The position numbers and the translations under genes were made by a program. Positions 9,500-20,511 of a DNA stretch of 64,000 bases are shown in pieces (position 1 is the first letter of the stretch; each line of letters opens with the position of its first letter). The notes beneath the pieces are model-generated. The model did not search any database. It was not told the DNA's origin and saw only the letters and a program-made list of their open reading frames with translations. The stretch is taken from positions 576,001-640,000 of the forward strand of contig OY729426.1 of the NCBI GenBank assembly GCA_963422365.1. The letters run 5' to 3'. The DNA is from Nitrospirales bacterium (lineage in GTDB: Bacteria > Nitrospirota > Nitrospiria > Nitrospirales > UBA8639).

Positions 9500-10087
9500 C
9501 TAAAATTCCACCTTAGGCGTGGCTCTGGCTTCTTCTGATATTTCGAAATATTCGGCTTGTCCGACTCCAGCCAGACTTGCATAGAACCTCCCCAGCAATT
9601 TCCGGATAAAGGTATTCAGGATCCGAACACGATCGTTATACCTTTTTCGTTCAACTGCCAATCGATTCTCCGTCCCTTCCAGTTGGTCTTGGAGCTTTAA
9701 AAACGACTGATTGGATTTGAGTTGGGGATAGGCTTCCCGCAAGACCAACAGCCGCGACAGCGCCGACTCGAACCCGCTCGCCGCTCGGGCTTTCTCATTG
9801 ACTGATTGCGCCTGAAAATAGGCTTTGCGTGCTTCTGCGACTCCCAAATAAATCTTTTCTTCCTGGCTCGCCACACCTTTGACGGTATTGACCAAATTGG
9901 GGATTAATTCAAACCGTCGCTGCAACTGATTTTCGACCTGTGCCCATTGGCTTTTCACCGCTTCATCCATCTCAATGGCTTGGTTATATCCGGAATAGAC
10001 ACAGCCACCAAGCATCACGATCAGGATGAGCAACCCGCCGAAGACCATGAATAATATACGTCCAGCACCCATGATTTTTTCCTCCAT
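9500..10087 (-). CDS. lemA: LemA family protein
   Basis: WAQVENQLQRRFELIPNLV, EAYPQLKSNQ, LEGTENRLAVERKRYN. Confidence 0.93.
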   Translation of the reverse strand: MEEKIMGAGRILFMVFGGLLILIVMLGGCVYSGYNQAIEMDEAVKSQWAQVENQLQRRFELIPNLVNTVKGVASQEEKIYLGVAEARKAYFQAQSVNEKARAASGFESALSRLLVLREAYPQLKSNQSFLKLQDQLEGTENRLAVERKRYNDRVRILNTFIRKLLGRFYASLAGVGQAEYFEISEEARATPKVEF

Positions 10088-10174
10088 GAACTAATTTTGT
10101 ACGATGCCGAACCACGCTAGAGGAGTGACCGGCCTATCAGGAGAGAGCCGTGTTCGTTTCATGAACAAGCCTCG

Positions 10175-10999
10175 CTACCAGCCCGCACCGCCCCCGCCCC
10201 CGCCAAAGCCTCCACCCCCACCGAACGATCCGCCAAAACCGCCCCCGAATCCACCGCCAAAACCGCCGCTTGATCCGCCCCAAGCGCTTCTCCCTGTTAG
10301 GCCACCCAAGGCACTGCCGAGCAACATACCTCCGACTAATCCTCCGCCACCCCAAGTGGAACGATACCGGCGCCGGCGGCGCATGCTGGAAAACAACATG
10401 AAAAGAAAAAATAACGGGATGAGCAACGATCCCAGAACTGAGCCACCTCCACCACCTCGGCTCGGCCGATACCGATGTTGGGGAATCCCTGTGAGCTTGA
10501 CCTGTTGGGAATCCGCGACTTGATTGGCCGTCACGACCGCCAATCGGAAGAGACCCTTGGAATAGTGGGACTGTTTAAAAAATCGGGAGGCGACCGCACG
10601 GGAAGCCGAGCCTACCCATGAATCGGGCAGCACGCCCTCCAATCCATACCCCGTATGGATTCGTACCTTTCGTTCTTTGAGGGCCAACGCGATCAAGGCG
10701 CCGTTGTCTTTACCTTTTTGGCCAAGTTTCCATGCTTCGGCATGCCGCTGGACAAAACTAAAAAATGGTTCGCCTTGGGTCGACTGCACAGTCAGCACTT
10801 TCACCTGCGCCGTGGTTTTCCGTTCGAGTTCACGAAGCCAGCCCTCTAACTGCTGCTCGGCACCACGGTCAATGATTCCGGCGCCGTCCACGACATAGGT
10901 ACCGGGGTCCTGAACAGACACCTCGCCCCAACTCAAAGCGGACAAGAGCAGCAGGACAACTATGGCGAACGCGGATTTCTTACCCATGGTCGTTACCAA
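10175..10999 (-). CDS. TPM domain protein with Gly-rich tail
   Basis: WKLGQKGKDNGAL, GYGLEGVLPD, terminal GGGFGGGGGGAGW; adjacent to lemA. Confidence 0.9.
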   Translation of the reverse strand: MVTTMGKKSAFAIVVLLLLSALSWGEVSVQDPGTYVVDGAGIIDRGAEQQLEGWLRELERKTTAQVKVLTVQSTQGEPFFSFVQRHAEAWKLGQKGKDNGALIALALKERKVRIHTGYGLEGVLPDSWVGSASRAVASRFFKQSHYSKGLFRLAVVTANQVADSQQVKLTGIPQHRYRPSRGGGGGSVLGSLLIPLFFLFMLFSSMRRRRRYRSTWGGGGLVGGMLLGSALGGLTGRSAWGGSSGGFGGGFGGGFGGSFGGGGGFGGGGGGAGW

Positions 11000-11718
11000 C
11001 GATCAGCCACGGTTTTTAATCCATCGATTTCATCATAAAGCCGTGTAAAATCGTTCCAGTCATGCTGGTGGGTTTCTTGTAGCGCCCCGCGAATTCCAGG
11101 AAGGGATCGATCTGTTTCTTGTTCAATCCGGCCTACTATTTCAAACGCCGAGAGAGAGTCGTATTGTCCATGAAGCCACAGTAACCCACGAAGGGTGCGG
11201 ATCAACCGCTCGGCAATATCGCCTTCCATGGCCCCAAAGAGTTTTTCACGACCTGCGGCCGCAAGGAGTCCTTGACGCATGCCGATCAAGATGGTTTTCA
11301 ACTCACGCTCACATTGAAGCCGAATATGCTGTTCCTCAAACGCGATATCCGCAAAATAGTCGGTACCGACGAAACACAAGTGGCATTGCTGAATTTCTAA
11401 AAACTCCAAAGGGAAGGTATCCAAGGATCCCGTAATGTAGAGGGGTGTCATGATCAGAGGAGCAGCAATTTTGGCTTTTCCAAGTTTGACCCCGTCTTGA
11501 GCCAGCTTCCGGAGCATTGCCAAATCAATCGTTTCCAAAACAAGGACGCTGCGTGCGGTATGCCACGCCGGATCAAAGCCGGACGTAGCAATAGCACCCA
11601 CACCAATAAGAGCCAAACAATTTGCCCCGTCGAGCGTTTGAATTCGATCAATAAACCTCTTCATCGGCTCCTGCATTCCACTGACGACTCGTTCGAGATT
11701 CATCACGGATTGGGTCAT
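10993..11718 (-). CDS. Conserved hypothetical protein of LemA/TPM operons (nucleotidyltransferase-like)
   Basis: SLDTFPLEFLEI, LRLQCERELK-type motifs; likely start ATG 11718. Confidence 0.7.
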   Translation of the reverse strand: MTQSVMNLERVVSGMQEPMKRFIDRIQTLDGANCLALIGVGAIATSGFDPAWHTARSVLVLETIDLAMLRKLAQDGVKLGKAKIAAPLIMTPLYITGSLDTFPLEFLEIQQCHLCFVGTDYFADIAFEEQHIRLQCERELKTILIGMRQGLLAAAGREKLFGAMEGDIAERLIRTLRGLLWLHGQYDSLSAFEIVGRIEQETDRSLPGIRGALQETHQHDWNDFTRLYDEIDGLKTVADRW

Positions 11719-11982
11719 AGGAGTGACTCCTGGATCAAAGTTTCCTTTGGGGAACGGGCAAGGAAAAGAGAGCAAGTTCGAATATGTTTGTCCCACTACG
11801 TTACGTCGTATCAGGCTAACGCACAAGGCTAAACCTTGCAAGAGAGAAAACCGAGGAGGTGGGCGACGTGGTGGTCGTCACATGAGCGAGCCGCCTCATC
11901 CTACACTAGGCCACTTGTCAATGGCGCGTGGTTGTCAACGAGGTTTTGTCAGACGTGATCGTACCACGCCTTCTTCAGGAAA

Positions 11983-12005
11983 GGCCGCATAAGATGCAGC
12001 CCTAC
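11983..12005. repeat. GTAG-type REP-like palindrome (GGCCGCATAAGATGCAGCCCTAC)
   Basis: Near-identical copies at 49594-49618 and 55231-55250. Confidence 0.7.
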
Positions 12006-12127
12006 AAGATTCGTGGCTGCGCTCAGAATGTCAGAGGATGCAGCTTTCTTGCATATCTTCCAGATTTTTCGTAGAATATGGAATATCGTTTTTCAATCCC
12101 ATATCTTCCCCATTCGTGAAGAGAAAC

Positions 12128-12511
12128 ATGATGGCGACTGTCGGACAACTGATGACCAGCGATCTGAGCGTCATTACTGAGGACGCAACGGTCAAGCAAG
12201 CTGCAGGACAGATGCATGGCCAACGCATTGGGTCGTTATTGGTACAAAAAGGGGAAGATTTTTCCGGAATTATTACAGAGACCGATGTCGTCCGGGCCGT
12301 TGCCGAACAAGATGATGTGGCGGGGACATCCGTGGTTCACGTCATGTCCAGCCCCATTCTGACCGTTGAGAAAAAGCTTTCGCCTCACTATGCGAGAGAA
12401 CTCATGGCTGACAAACGTATTCGTCACTTGGCAGTGACCGAGGAGGGGAAGATCGTCGGCATCATTTCAGCGCGTGATCTCTTAGCCTATTTTAAAACCG
12501 TGTCCAAATAA
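12128..12511 (+). CDS. CBS domain pair protein
   Basis: IGSLLV, GIITETDVV, IRHLAV, GIISARDLL. Confidence 0.9.
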   Translation: MMATVGQLMTSDLSVITEDATVKQAAGQMHGQRIGSLLVQKGEDFSGIITETDVVRAVAEQDDVAGTSVVHVMSSPILTVEKKLSPHYARELMADKRIRHLAVTEEGKIVGIISARDLLAYFKTVSK

Positions 12512-12539
12512 ATTTCGTAATCCTCGACCCGTCCTGTTT

Positions 12540-13421
12540 CTACGCCACATTGAGTTTCTCCAACACCGATCTCGTGGAAACTAAATTGCGATTCAAGCCG
12601 AGCGCCTTTGGCTCCATGCCCATCGCCAACCCCAGAAACTGCGGCAAATGCAAAATCGGCAGATCGATTTTTCTGCGATCGTGTTTCGCGGCCTTGGATT
12701 GAAGACCGTCAAGATTCAAATGGCACAAGGGGCAGGGAGTCACCATCACATCGGCGCCATGCTCTTTTGCATCGGACGTATGATGGGCAATCATCTTCAG
12801 GGAGCCTGGTTCGTTAATGGTGAGAAGCGGCATCCCGCAACATCTGGTCTTGCCGGGGAAATCCACTACCTCGGCGCCCAGCAAGGCCATTACCGTCTCT
12901 AAAGATTGTACCCGTGCCGGCTGTTCGTCAAATCCCAGCGCTGCACTGGGCCGTTGGAGGTAGCATCCATAAAACGGGGCCGCTCGTAATCCCGTCAACG
13001 GCCTCTTCACGGCCTGCCGAATCTTTTGCTCCCCAATATCTTCCAAGAGAATCCACACGAAATGTTTCACCGTTGTGGTGCCGTGGTAGGTAAGCCCCTC
13101 TTCAGCCAAGACCTGGTTGATTTCGTTCAAATACCCGGGATTCGTCGTAAGCCGATGATTCGCCTGACTCATCACCCCTTGACACGTACTACAGATCGTC
13201 ACGATGGGGAGCCCTTGCTGTTCGGCAAGGGCCAAGGTATGGGCATTCAAGATATCCCCCAAGCGCAAATTTTTCTCCTGCAACACCCCCGCGCCCGTAC
13301 ACGACGCCGTGGTCATTTCCTCCAGGTCGATCCCTAATTGAGGATAGACCTGCTTCACGGATTGATAGAGTTCGGGGCAGCCGCCCTTTGAAACGCACCC
13401 GGGGAAAAAGGCGTATTTCAT
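12540..13421 (-). CDS. CCG-domain (HdrB-like) succinate dehydrogenase anchor subunit
   Basis: FFPGC, CSTC, FYGC, CCG, PCPLC motifs; coupled to sdhB. Confidence 0.87.
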   Translation of the reverse strand: MKYAFFPGCVSKGGCPELYQSVKQVYPQLGIDLEEMTTASCTGAGVLQEKNLRLGDILNAHTLALAEQQGLPIVTICSTCQGVMSQANHRLTTNPGYLNEINQVLAEEGLTYHGTTTVKHFVWILLEDIGEQKIRQAVKRPLTGLRAAPFYGCYLQRPSAALGFDEQPARVQSLETVMALLGAEVVDFPGKTRCCGMPLLTINEPGSLKMIAHHTSDAKEHGADVMVTPCPLCHLNLDGLQSKAAKHDRRKIDLPILHLPQFLGLAMGMEPKALGLNRNLVSTRSVLEKLNVA

Positions 13422-14377
13422 CGCATCTCCTTGGCTCGTTGAAACAATCGACGGATTCGATCAATACCCGGTATCGCCCGATGCAAGGGACCGGATTTGG
13501 GAAGTTTACCTCGGACCAATGCACGAAGGATCATCGGCAGAAAGGAGAACATGCGGCTGAGATTAGCGAGCCCGAACGTTCGAACGGCTAACATCGGTTC
13601 ATCCAATCGCCCTTTGTGTTCGATAAGATCCGCAAAGGCTTCGGTATGCCGCGAGCCACAGGTAGACGGCACGCCCTGTTCGATCCCTGCGGCACGAAGC
13701 GTCATAATGCGATCCATGGCCCCCACCTCTTTGGGACACACTTCAAGACATTCCATACACCGCGTACAATCCCACATGCCGTCTGGGGTATTGAGTTCCC
13801 TCAACCTTGACGCACTGGTCCCATCTCTCGGGTCCGCCACAAATCGATAGGCTTTGGCCAATGCCGCCGGGCCGACAAAATTTGCATTTACTTCCAAGGC
13901 CGCACAGTCAGACACGCAAGCCCCGCACATGATGCAGCCCATGACGCCCGTCAAATGATTCATGGCTTCCGGCGGCGCGAGATATTCGCCTTCCGGTTCA
14001 GGGCCCGTCGGCTGGAGCCAGGGCTGAATCTGGCGGATCTTCTCCCAAAACCCAGCCATGTCCGTAACTAAGTCCTTAATCACCGGCATATTGTTCATGG
14101 GTTCCACGTGGACGGTCTCCCCCGACGATGCCAGGGACGCCACTTTGGTTTTGCACGCCAAGGTGGCATGACCATTGATGCGCATCCCACAGGACCCACA
14201 GATGGCTCCTCGACACGAACAGCGCAAGGTGAGCGATTCATCCATGGTCTCCCGGATTTTGATCAACACGTCGAGGACCGTATCTGATCGCTCCGTCTCT
14301 ACTTGGTAGTCTTCGAAAGAGGGTTGGGGCGATTCCGATTCCGGATTAAACCGGCGAATGCGAAATGTGGTCAGCAT
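13418..14377 (-). CDS. sdhB: Succinate dehydrogenase/fumarate reductase Fe-S subunit
   Basis: SCRGAICGSC, CIMCGACVSDC, CTRCMECLEVCP. Confidence 0.93.
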   Translation of the reverse strand: MLTTFRIRRFNPESESPQPSFEDYQVETERSDTVLDVLIKIRETMDESLTLRCSCRGAICGSCGMRINGHATLACKTKVASLASSGETVHVEPMNNMPVIKDLVTDMAGFWEKIRQIQPWLQPTGPEPEGEYLAPPEAMNHLTGVMGCIMCGACVSDCAALEVNANFVGPAALAKAYRFVADPRDGTSASRLRELNTPDGMWDCTRCMECLEVCPKEVGAMDRIMTLRAAGIEQGVPSTCGSRHTEAFADLIEHKGRLDEPMLAVRTFGLANLSRMFSFLPMILRALVRGKLPKSGPLHRAIPGIDRIRRLFQRAKEMR

Positions 14378-14492
14378 GGAGTCAGTCAAACCCTTCTCAA
14401 GGTACAGCGCAAGATACTCACGTGCCAGGATGACATCGGCCCGTTCAAATCGGGGAGTCGACCATGCCCGGATGTGGCAAGCGCCCTCGGCA

Positions 14493-16208
14493 TCAATACA
14501 CTCGAACTTGCGGTTCCCATTGGGTTATCCGAACGGGGAGAAAGTCTCGTTGAGGCAACCCGTCGGGACGATGATAAATCAGAATATGTTTTAACCAATG
14601 TTGATCGTCACGATGAAGGCAATCCGTTCGAAAATGCGCGCCACGACTTTCTTTTCGCGTCAGAGCGCCCAGCGCAATGGTTTCGGCGCAATCCAGCATA
14701 AAGTCGAGTTCCAACGCACGAACGAGGCTCGTATTAAACACGTGTCCCTTATCATGAATGGCCACACGATTCCATCGCTCTCGAAGACCATTGACGTTCT
14801 GTTGAGCAAGGACCATCCCTTCTTGATCACGAAACACGCCAAAGCCCTCCGTCATGGCGACCCCCATCTCGTGACGGATACGGGCGACGGTATCGTCGGT
14901 CGTGGACCGAGCCAAGATTTTTTGTATGCTGTTTTCCTCATGTTTCACTACGCTGTCACCAAGACGGGGTTGAGGAAGGGTTTTCGCATACTCCCCTGCA
15001 CAACGGCCTGCCCGACGACCAAACACCACGGTATCCAACAAGGAATTCGCTCCGAGGCGATTGCCACCATGCAGACTCAGACACGCGGCTTCTCCGGCCG
15101 CAAACAGGCCTGGAACGCCTTGCCATCTGCCTTCAAGGTCCCAGCAGCGTCCCTCGACATCCGTCTTCACCCCGCCCATCATATAGTGCATGCCCGGGCA
15201 CACGGGAATCGGCTCTTCGGTTAAATCGATATTGGCAAACGACTTCGCCTCCTCAAAAATTTGGCTGAGGCGCTCATGGATGAGTCCTTTGCCTAAATGC
15301 CGACAATCAAGCAATACACAGCCATTGAGGCCGCGACCTTCATTAATCTCAATTTGCTCGGCGCGAGACACCACATCCCGTGAGGCTAACTCCATCATGT
15401 TCGGAGCATACTGCTCCATGAAACGCTTCCCCTCACGATTGAGCAAATAGGCACCTTCTCCTCGAGCAGCCTCACTCAGGAGCAATCCTTTCCCTTGTAA
15501 GGTCGTGGGATGATACTGCACCATCTCCATATCCATCAGCGGAGCTCCGCTCCGATAAGCAATCGCGATGCCATCGCCGGTACAAATCAGCGCATTGGTA
15601 CTTGGCTCAAAAACGCGCCCTAAGCCACCGGCGGCAATAATCACCGCCTTGGCCTTGAACAACGCAACGTGCCCTGTTCGCATTTCAAAGGCCACAACCC
15701 CTCCGCATTGCCCATTCGCATCCTTGACCAACGACAGCACAAACCATTCCTCAAACACCGGAAGGCGTGCCTTCATAATCTGCTCATACAAGACATGCAA
15801 CAGAGCCTGTCCTGTACAGTCAGAGACGAAAAAGGTGCGGGCGCGTTTCTGACCGCCGAAACGACGAGTGCCCAACCGCCCGGCTTCGTTCCGGTTAAAG
15901 ATCACACCCATGTGTTCCAAGGCCAGAATGTCCTGTCCGGCTTCTTGTGCCAAAATTTCCACGGCATCCTGATCGCTTAAATAATCGCTGCCTTTGACCG
16001 TCTCAAAGGCATGCTCTTCCCACTTGTCTCCACGGTCGGTCAAGGCAGCATTAATTCCGCCCTGCGCGGCATTGGAATGGCTCCGAACAGGATGGACTTT
16101 GGTGATGATCGCGACGGTACTCCCGGTCTCATGTGCGGCCAACGCTGATCGCAGACCCGCCAACCCTGCACCTATCACGAGAACATCAAATTCGTAAGAA
16201 GTCGTCAT
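14493..16208 (-). CDS. sdhA: Succinate dehydrogenase/fumarate reductase flavoprotein
   Basis: GAGLAG, RSHSNAAQGG (covalent FAD His), QYHPT, HYMMGG, HGGNRLGANSL, ESRGAH. Confidence 0.96.
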   Translation of the reverse strand: MTTSYEFDVLVIGAGLAGLRSALAAHETGSTVAIITKVHPVRSHSNAAQGGINAALTDRGDKWEEHAFETVKGSDYLSDQDAVEILAQEAGQDILALEHMGVIFNRNEAGRLGTRRFGGQKRARTFFVSDCTGQALLHVLYEQIMKARLPVFEEWFVLSLVKDANGQCGGVVAFEMRTGHVALFKAKAVIIAAGGLGRVFEPSTNALICTGDGIAIAYRSGAPLMDMEMVQYHPTTLQGKGLLLSEAARGEGAYLLNREGKRFMEQYAPNMMELASRDVVSRAEQIEINEGRGLNGCVLLDCRHLGKGLIHERLSQIFEEAKSFANIDLTEEPIPVCPGMHYMMGGVKTDVEGRCWDLEGRWQGVPGLFAAGEAACLSLHGGNRLGANSLLDTVVFGRRAGRCAGEYAKTLPQPRLGDSVVKHEENSIQKILARSTTDDTVARIRHEMGVAMTEGFGVFRDQEGMVLAQQNVNGLRERWNRVAIHDKGHVFNTSLVRALELDFMLDCAETIALGALTRKESRGAHFRTDCLHRDDQHWLKHILIYHRPDGLPQRDFLPVRITQWEPQVRVY

Positions 16209-16302
16209 GTTTCAAAGAAGTCGCTGAACAAACCCTTGCTGATCCATTCTAGCACAGGTCTCAATTCTCCCTGGAAAAAAAGAGGCTTCCCATGGTCGTT
16301 CT

Positions 16303-16800
16303 TGTATGTGTTCACGTATTCGTTGACAAGATTCGTTCATGTGTTGGGGACGTTTCGCGCGCTTGGTGCGGTCTGACCTTATTGGAGTAGAGCAACTATT
16401 GCTCCAATTCGTCCTGAAACTCTGCCAGGGTGGCAACCATGGTATCGTCGATCAGATCCTCGTGCAAGGTGTGCCAGAACCGTTCCACCTTGCCGTTGAT
16501 CTAGGGCCGGTAGGGTCTACCGATGCTTTTCATCCCCAACTCCAGTCGCATGCGTGGAAACGGATGCGTGGCTTTCGTGCACAGGGTCGCGTACTCGGCC
16601 CCCTTGTCGCTTAAGACCTCTGCAAACTGAATCTGGTATTTCCGGTGCAACAGAGTGAAGCTTTTCAAAGCACTGAACATCACGGTCAGACTCTTCAGAT
16701 CACTTACCACTTCCGCCCAGTCGAGGCGGGTCCAGGAGTCGGTCACGCACCCCAGATCATAGCGGGTGGGATCGGAGGTAATCAGAGCCCGACTCAAATG
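16303..16800 (-). mobile_element. IS481-family transposase remnant with right terminal repeat
   Basis: Minus strand reads SDKGAEY..HPF..LELGMK..RPYRP*INGKVERFWHTL..RPHQA with stops; ends in TGTATGTGTTCACGTATTCGTTGACA-type TGT terminus at 16303. Confidence 0.75.
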
Positions 16801-16871
16801 ACAGCCGGTAGTCAAGAAAAGCCGAGCTTTCGCTTCGCTCAGGATGACCACGGACCTAGGGGTCAAGCCCT

Positions 16872-17507
16872 TCAGAAGCCTGCCAAGTCTATTGAACGGG
16901 CGACAAGAGCGCCGGCTTCTTGCATGGCCTCCAGTGCTCGATCGCCATCTCCAGGTTCCATGTTGATCCCACGAACTCCATCACTCAGGACAACGACTCG
17001 AAATCCCAGTCGGCATGCATCCAAGACGGTTTGCTTCACGCAATAGTCAGTGGCAAGCCCGATCACGTACACGGTTTGTACCCCTAAGTCTTCAAGACGC
17101 TCGTCCAGCGTCGTCCCATCAAAACCGGAATAGGCTTCTTTTTTCGGGTTGGTCGCCCCGGACACGATCAACGTTCCAGGCGGCATTTTCAAATCCGGAT
17201 GGAATTGTGCCCCTAAGGACCCTTGCACACAATGCACTGGCCACGGACCTCCCTGTTCCTGAAATGAACAGTGATTAGGTGGGTGCCAATCCCGCGTGGC
17301 GACAATGCCATAGCCCTGCTCGGCAAACACGCCAATCCATTCATTGGCAACGGGAATGACGTGATGCCCTTCCGGCACCGGCAAGGCTCCCTCCGGACAA
17401 AAGTCGTTCTGCAGCTGAACCAACAGCAGCACGGTCTTTTGATCCGGTGGAGGAACGGCTGCACGATTCTTCTTCTCCATGCCGGTTTGCGATTTCGTGA
17501 GTTTCAT
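16872..17507 (-). CDS. pncA: Nicotinamidase/pyrazinamidase
   Basis: QNDFCPEGAL.V, TRDWHP..H.SF, WPVHCVQ, GLATDYCV. Confidence 0.9.
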   Translation of the reverse strand: MKLTKSQTGMEKKNRAAVPPPDQKTVLLLVQLQNDFCPEGALPVPEGHHVIPVANEWIGVFAEQGYGIVATRDWHPPNHCSFQEQGGPWPVHCVQGSLGAQFHPDLKMPPGTLIVSGATNPKKEAYSGFDGTTLDERLEDLGVQTVYVIGLATDYCVKQTVLDACRLGFRVVVLSDGVRGINMEPGDGDRALEAMQEAGALVARSIDLAGF

Positions 17508-17604
17508 AGGGTCAACGGGATGGTGCTGCGTATGGTGTCGCCTTCGCAGACATTGCGCATTCGCCTCGCTCCCTCACCCCATGGCGTTTGCTCCGTTCCG
17601 GCAT

Positions 17605-18498
17605 TCACGACACAATCTCCGTACCGATTCCTTTGTCCGTGAAAATCTCAAGTAAAATGGCATGCTCGACCCGGCCATCAATAATATGGGACTTTTGCAC
17701 GCCGGCTTCGAGCCCGAGTAAGCAGGCACGCACTTTGGGCAGCATGCCTTCACTGATCGTGCCTTTTTTTACCATTCGTTCGACATCGTTTCTGGATAAG
17801 GTGGACACGTGCCGATTGTTGGCACTACGAATGCCTCGCACATCGGTGAGCATCAACAGTTTTTCCGCTTGCAAGGCCCCGGCCACGGCCCCGGCCACGA
17901 GGTCTGCATTAATATTATGCGGTTTCCCTTTGCGATCGACGCCGATGGGAGCGATGACCGGAATCAAATTTTCTTGCTGCAATTTCGTGATAAGCTGCGG
18001 TTCGATTGTCTCGACCTCCCCCACAAGGCCATATTCCTCCTCTGTCTGATTATGGGCATCATGGCTTAACCCTTGTAACCAGCCTTTCGAGGAAAACGGT
18101 TTGCACACAATGAACTGCGCATCCTTTCCGGTTATCCCGACGGCTTTCCCTCCATGTTGATTGAGTAACGTCACGATTTCTTTATTGATCTTTCCCCCCA
18201 AGACCATTTCAACCACGTCCATGGTCGCTTGATCCGTGACCCGAACGCCTCGTTTAAAGGTCGGCTTCATGCCCAACCGAGCAAGCATTTGATCGATTTG
18301 CGGTCCGCCCCCATGAACGATCACGGGATTGAGCCCGACATATTTCATCAACACGACGTCTTCGGCAAAGCCATCTTTCAGTTCATCCTGAATCATGGCC
18401 TTCCCACCGTATTTGATGACGATGGTCTTGCCCGCAAACGTCCGAATGTAGGGCAACGCCTCGACGAGGACATCGGCTTTCTTAATCAAGTTTTCCAC
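17605..18498 (-). CDS. argB: Acetylglutamate kinase
   Basis: EALPYI, IKYGG, VHGGGPQI, NINAD, GMLPKV. Confidence 0.96.
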   Translation of the reverse strand: MENLIKKADVLVEALPYIRTFAGKTIVIKYGGKAMIQDELKDGFAEDVVLMKYVGLNPVIVHGGGPQIDQMLARLGMKPTFKRGVRVTDQATMDVVEMVLGGKINKEIVTLLNQHGGKAVGITGKDAQFIVCKPFSSKGWLQGLSHDAHNQTEEEYGLVGEVETIEPQLITKLQQENLIPVIAPIGVDRKGKPHNINADLVAGAVAGALQAEKLLMLTDVRGIRSANNRHVSTLSRNDVERMVKKGTISEGMLPKVRACLLGLEAGVQKSHIIDGRVEHAILLEIFTDKGIGTEIVS

Positions 18499-18577
18499 AG
18501 TTGGTCTCGGAGTGCATGCTTCGCCTTACGTCAGTCGTTCTCTCCCGCTCCATAGCCACCAGATGTGACCGACGTTT

Positions 18578-19972
18578 CTACAGAATGTACCGGCTCAGAT
18601 CCTGATCCTTGACGATCTCCTTTAAATGACCATTCACATAGGACGCATCGATCACCACTTTTTTTTCTTGCAACTCCTGCGCCTCAAAAGAGACTTCTTC
18701 AAGCAACCGTTCCACAATCGTAAAGAGTCGGCGTGCGCCGATATGTTCCGTTCGATCATTGACCTCAACTGCAATGGCCGCAATTTCTTCAATCCCTTCT
18801 CGAGTAAAATCAAGCGTAATGCCTTCGGTTTCCAGCAAGGCCTGATATTGTTTCACCAAGGCATTCCGGGGTTCCGTCAATATTCGCACCAGATCTTCCT
18901 TGGTCAAAGGCTCTAACTCCACACGAATGGGAAAACGACCCTGCAGTTCAGGAATCAAATCAGCCGGTTTGGCCACATGAAACGCCCCGGCGGCAATAAA
19001 CAGAATATGGTCGGTCTTCACCGGGCCGTACTTGGTATTGATGGTCGATCCTTCAACCATCGGCAGCAAATCCCGCTGCACGCCTTCTCGGGACACATCG
19101 GGGCCCACGTTCTTCTCACGACCGGCAATTTTATCAATTTCATCTAAAAAGACGATGCCGGATTGCTCAACCCGTTCGACGGCATCGCGCGTCACCTCGT
19201 CCATATCAATCAGTTTTTGCGCTTCCTCTTGCGCAAAATACTTCAGGGCGTCGGGAATTTTCATGACTCGATTTTTTTTCTTCCCGGGCATCAACCCGCC
19301 CAACATATCGCGAAGATGGTTTTCGAGGTCTTCCATGCCGCCGACATTGGAGATAATCCCAACCGGCAGCCCACGTTCCTTGATCTCCATTTCCACCGTT
19401 CGGGTATCGAGCCGGCCTTCCCGTAATTGCTTACGGAGCTTTTGCCGCGTGTTGTCTCCTGAAGCCTCGGACGGGTTCACCGACGACAGCTCCTCCTCTT
19501 GCCCTCCCGTGGTCCGAGACGGACTCGAAGGCAGTAACAAATCGAGCACTCGATCTTCGGCCAAGTCTTCAGCCTTCCGTTCAACTCGCTTCAGCGACGA
19601 ACTTTTCACCAGATTGACCGATTGTTCAGTGAGGTCGCGGATGATCGATTCCACGTCACGTCCGACATACCCCACTTCGGTAAATTTCGACGCCGCGACT
19701 GTAAGGAACGGAGCATCGGCCAGTTTCGCCAGTCGCCTGGAAATTTCCGTTTTTCCCACACCCGTCGGCCCGATCATGATGATATTTTTCGGGAAAATTT
19801 CTTCTCGCAATTCCGGACTGAGCCGTTGACGGCGCCATCGATTCCGTAACGCGATGGCCACCATCCGTTTGGCATCACGTTGCCCAATCACATATCGGTC
19901 GAGCACGGCGACAATTTCGCGAGGAGATAAGCTATCGAGTGGACCCGATTCGTCAAGGGAGGCGTGACTCAT
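18578..19972 (-). CDS. hslU: ATP-dependent protease ATPase subunit HslU
   Basis: [45 protein letters not shown]-terminus. Confidence 0.97.
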   Translation of the reverse strand: MSHASLDESGPLDSLSPREIVAVLDRYVIGQRDAKRMVAIALRNRWRRQRLSPELREEIFPKNIIMIGPTGVGKTEISRRLAKLADAPFLTVAASKFTEVGYVGRDVESIIRDLTEQSVNLVKSSSLKRVERKAEDLAEDRVLDLLLPSSPSRTTGGQEEELSSVNPSEASGDNTRQKLRKQLREGRLDTRTVEMEIKERGLPVGIISNVGGMEDLENHLRDMLGGLMPGKKKNRVMKIPDALKYFAQEEAQKLIDMDEVTRDAVERVEQSGIVFLDEIDKIAGREKNVGPDVSREGVQRDLLPMVEGSTINTKYGPVKTDHILFIAAGAFHVAKPADLIPELQGRFPIRVELEPLTKEDLVRILTEPRNALVKQYQALLETEGITLDFTREGIEEIAAIAVEVNDRTEHIGARRLFTIVERLLEEVSFEAQELQEKKVVIDASYVNGHLKEIVKDQDLSRYIL

Positions 19973-20511
19973 GACGATGCCTTCAATTCTTCGATCACGA
20001 TTTCGTGATTCGTGTAGATATCGATGCCGCCTGCAATGCGCATCGCTTTGTCGACAATTTCTCTTGACACTAAGGCGGAATTGTCTATCAGCGCTCGCGC
20101 CGCAGCCAGTGCATACGGTCCGCCCGACCCAATGGCGAGAATCCCATCTTCCGGTTCCACGACGTCCCCTGTCCCGGAAATGAGAAAGGACAGATCCGGA
20201 TCCGCGACGATCAACAGCGCTTCAAGGCGACGCAGCACGCGATCCGTCCGCCACTCTTTCGCCAACTCGACCGCGGCCCTGGTCAGATTACCTCGATATT
20301 CTTCTAGCTTGGCCTCGAATTTTTCAAAGAGGGTCAAGGCATCCGCCGTGGCTCCTGCAAAGCCTGCGATCACTTGATCGTGATAGAGACGTCGGACTTT
20401 GCGGGCGTTGGCCTTCATCACCGTCGTCCCGACCGTCACTTGGCCGTCTGATCCCATGGCCACTGTTCCGTCCCGACGAACGGAAAGAATCGTGGTCGAT
20501 CGAATGTTCAC
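19969..20511 (-). CDS. hslV: ATP-dependent protease peptidase subunit HslV
   Basis: TTI N-terminal nucleophile, DGQVT, GFAG.TADA, IGSGG. Confidence 0.96.
   Translation of the reverse strand: MNIRSTTILSVRRDGTVAMGSDGQVTVGTTVMKANARKVRRLYHDQVIAGFAGATADALTLFEKFEAKLEEYRGNLTRAAVELAKEWRTDRVLRRLEALLIVADPDLSFLISGTGDVVEPEDGILAIGSGGPYALAAARALIDNSALVSREIVDKAMRIAGGIDIYTNHEIVIEELKASS

Noticed and set aside
10104..10523. Proline-rich ORF and CCx repeats
   Set aside because: Antisense of the Gly-rich TPM tail; not a separate gene or array
14386..14493. 35-codon ORF overlapping the sdhA stop and the sdhB upstream region
   Set aside because: No recognisable motif or hydrophobicity; cannot be distinguished from chance
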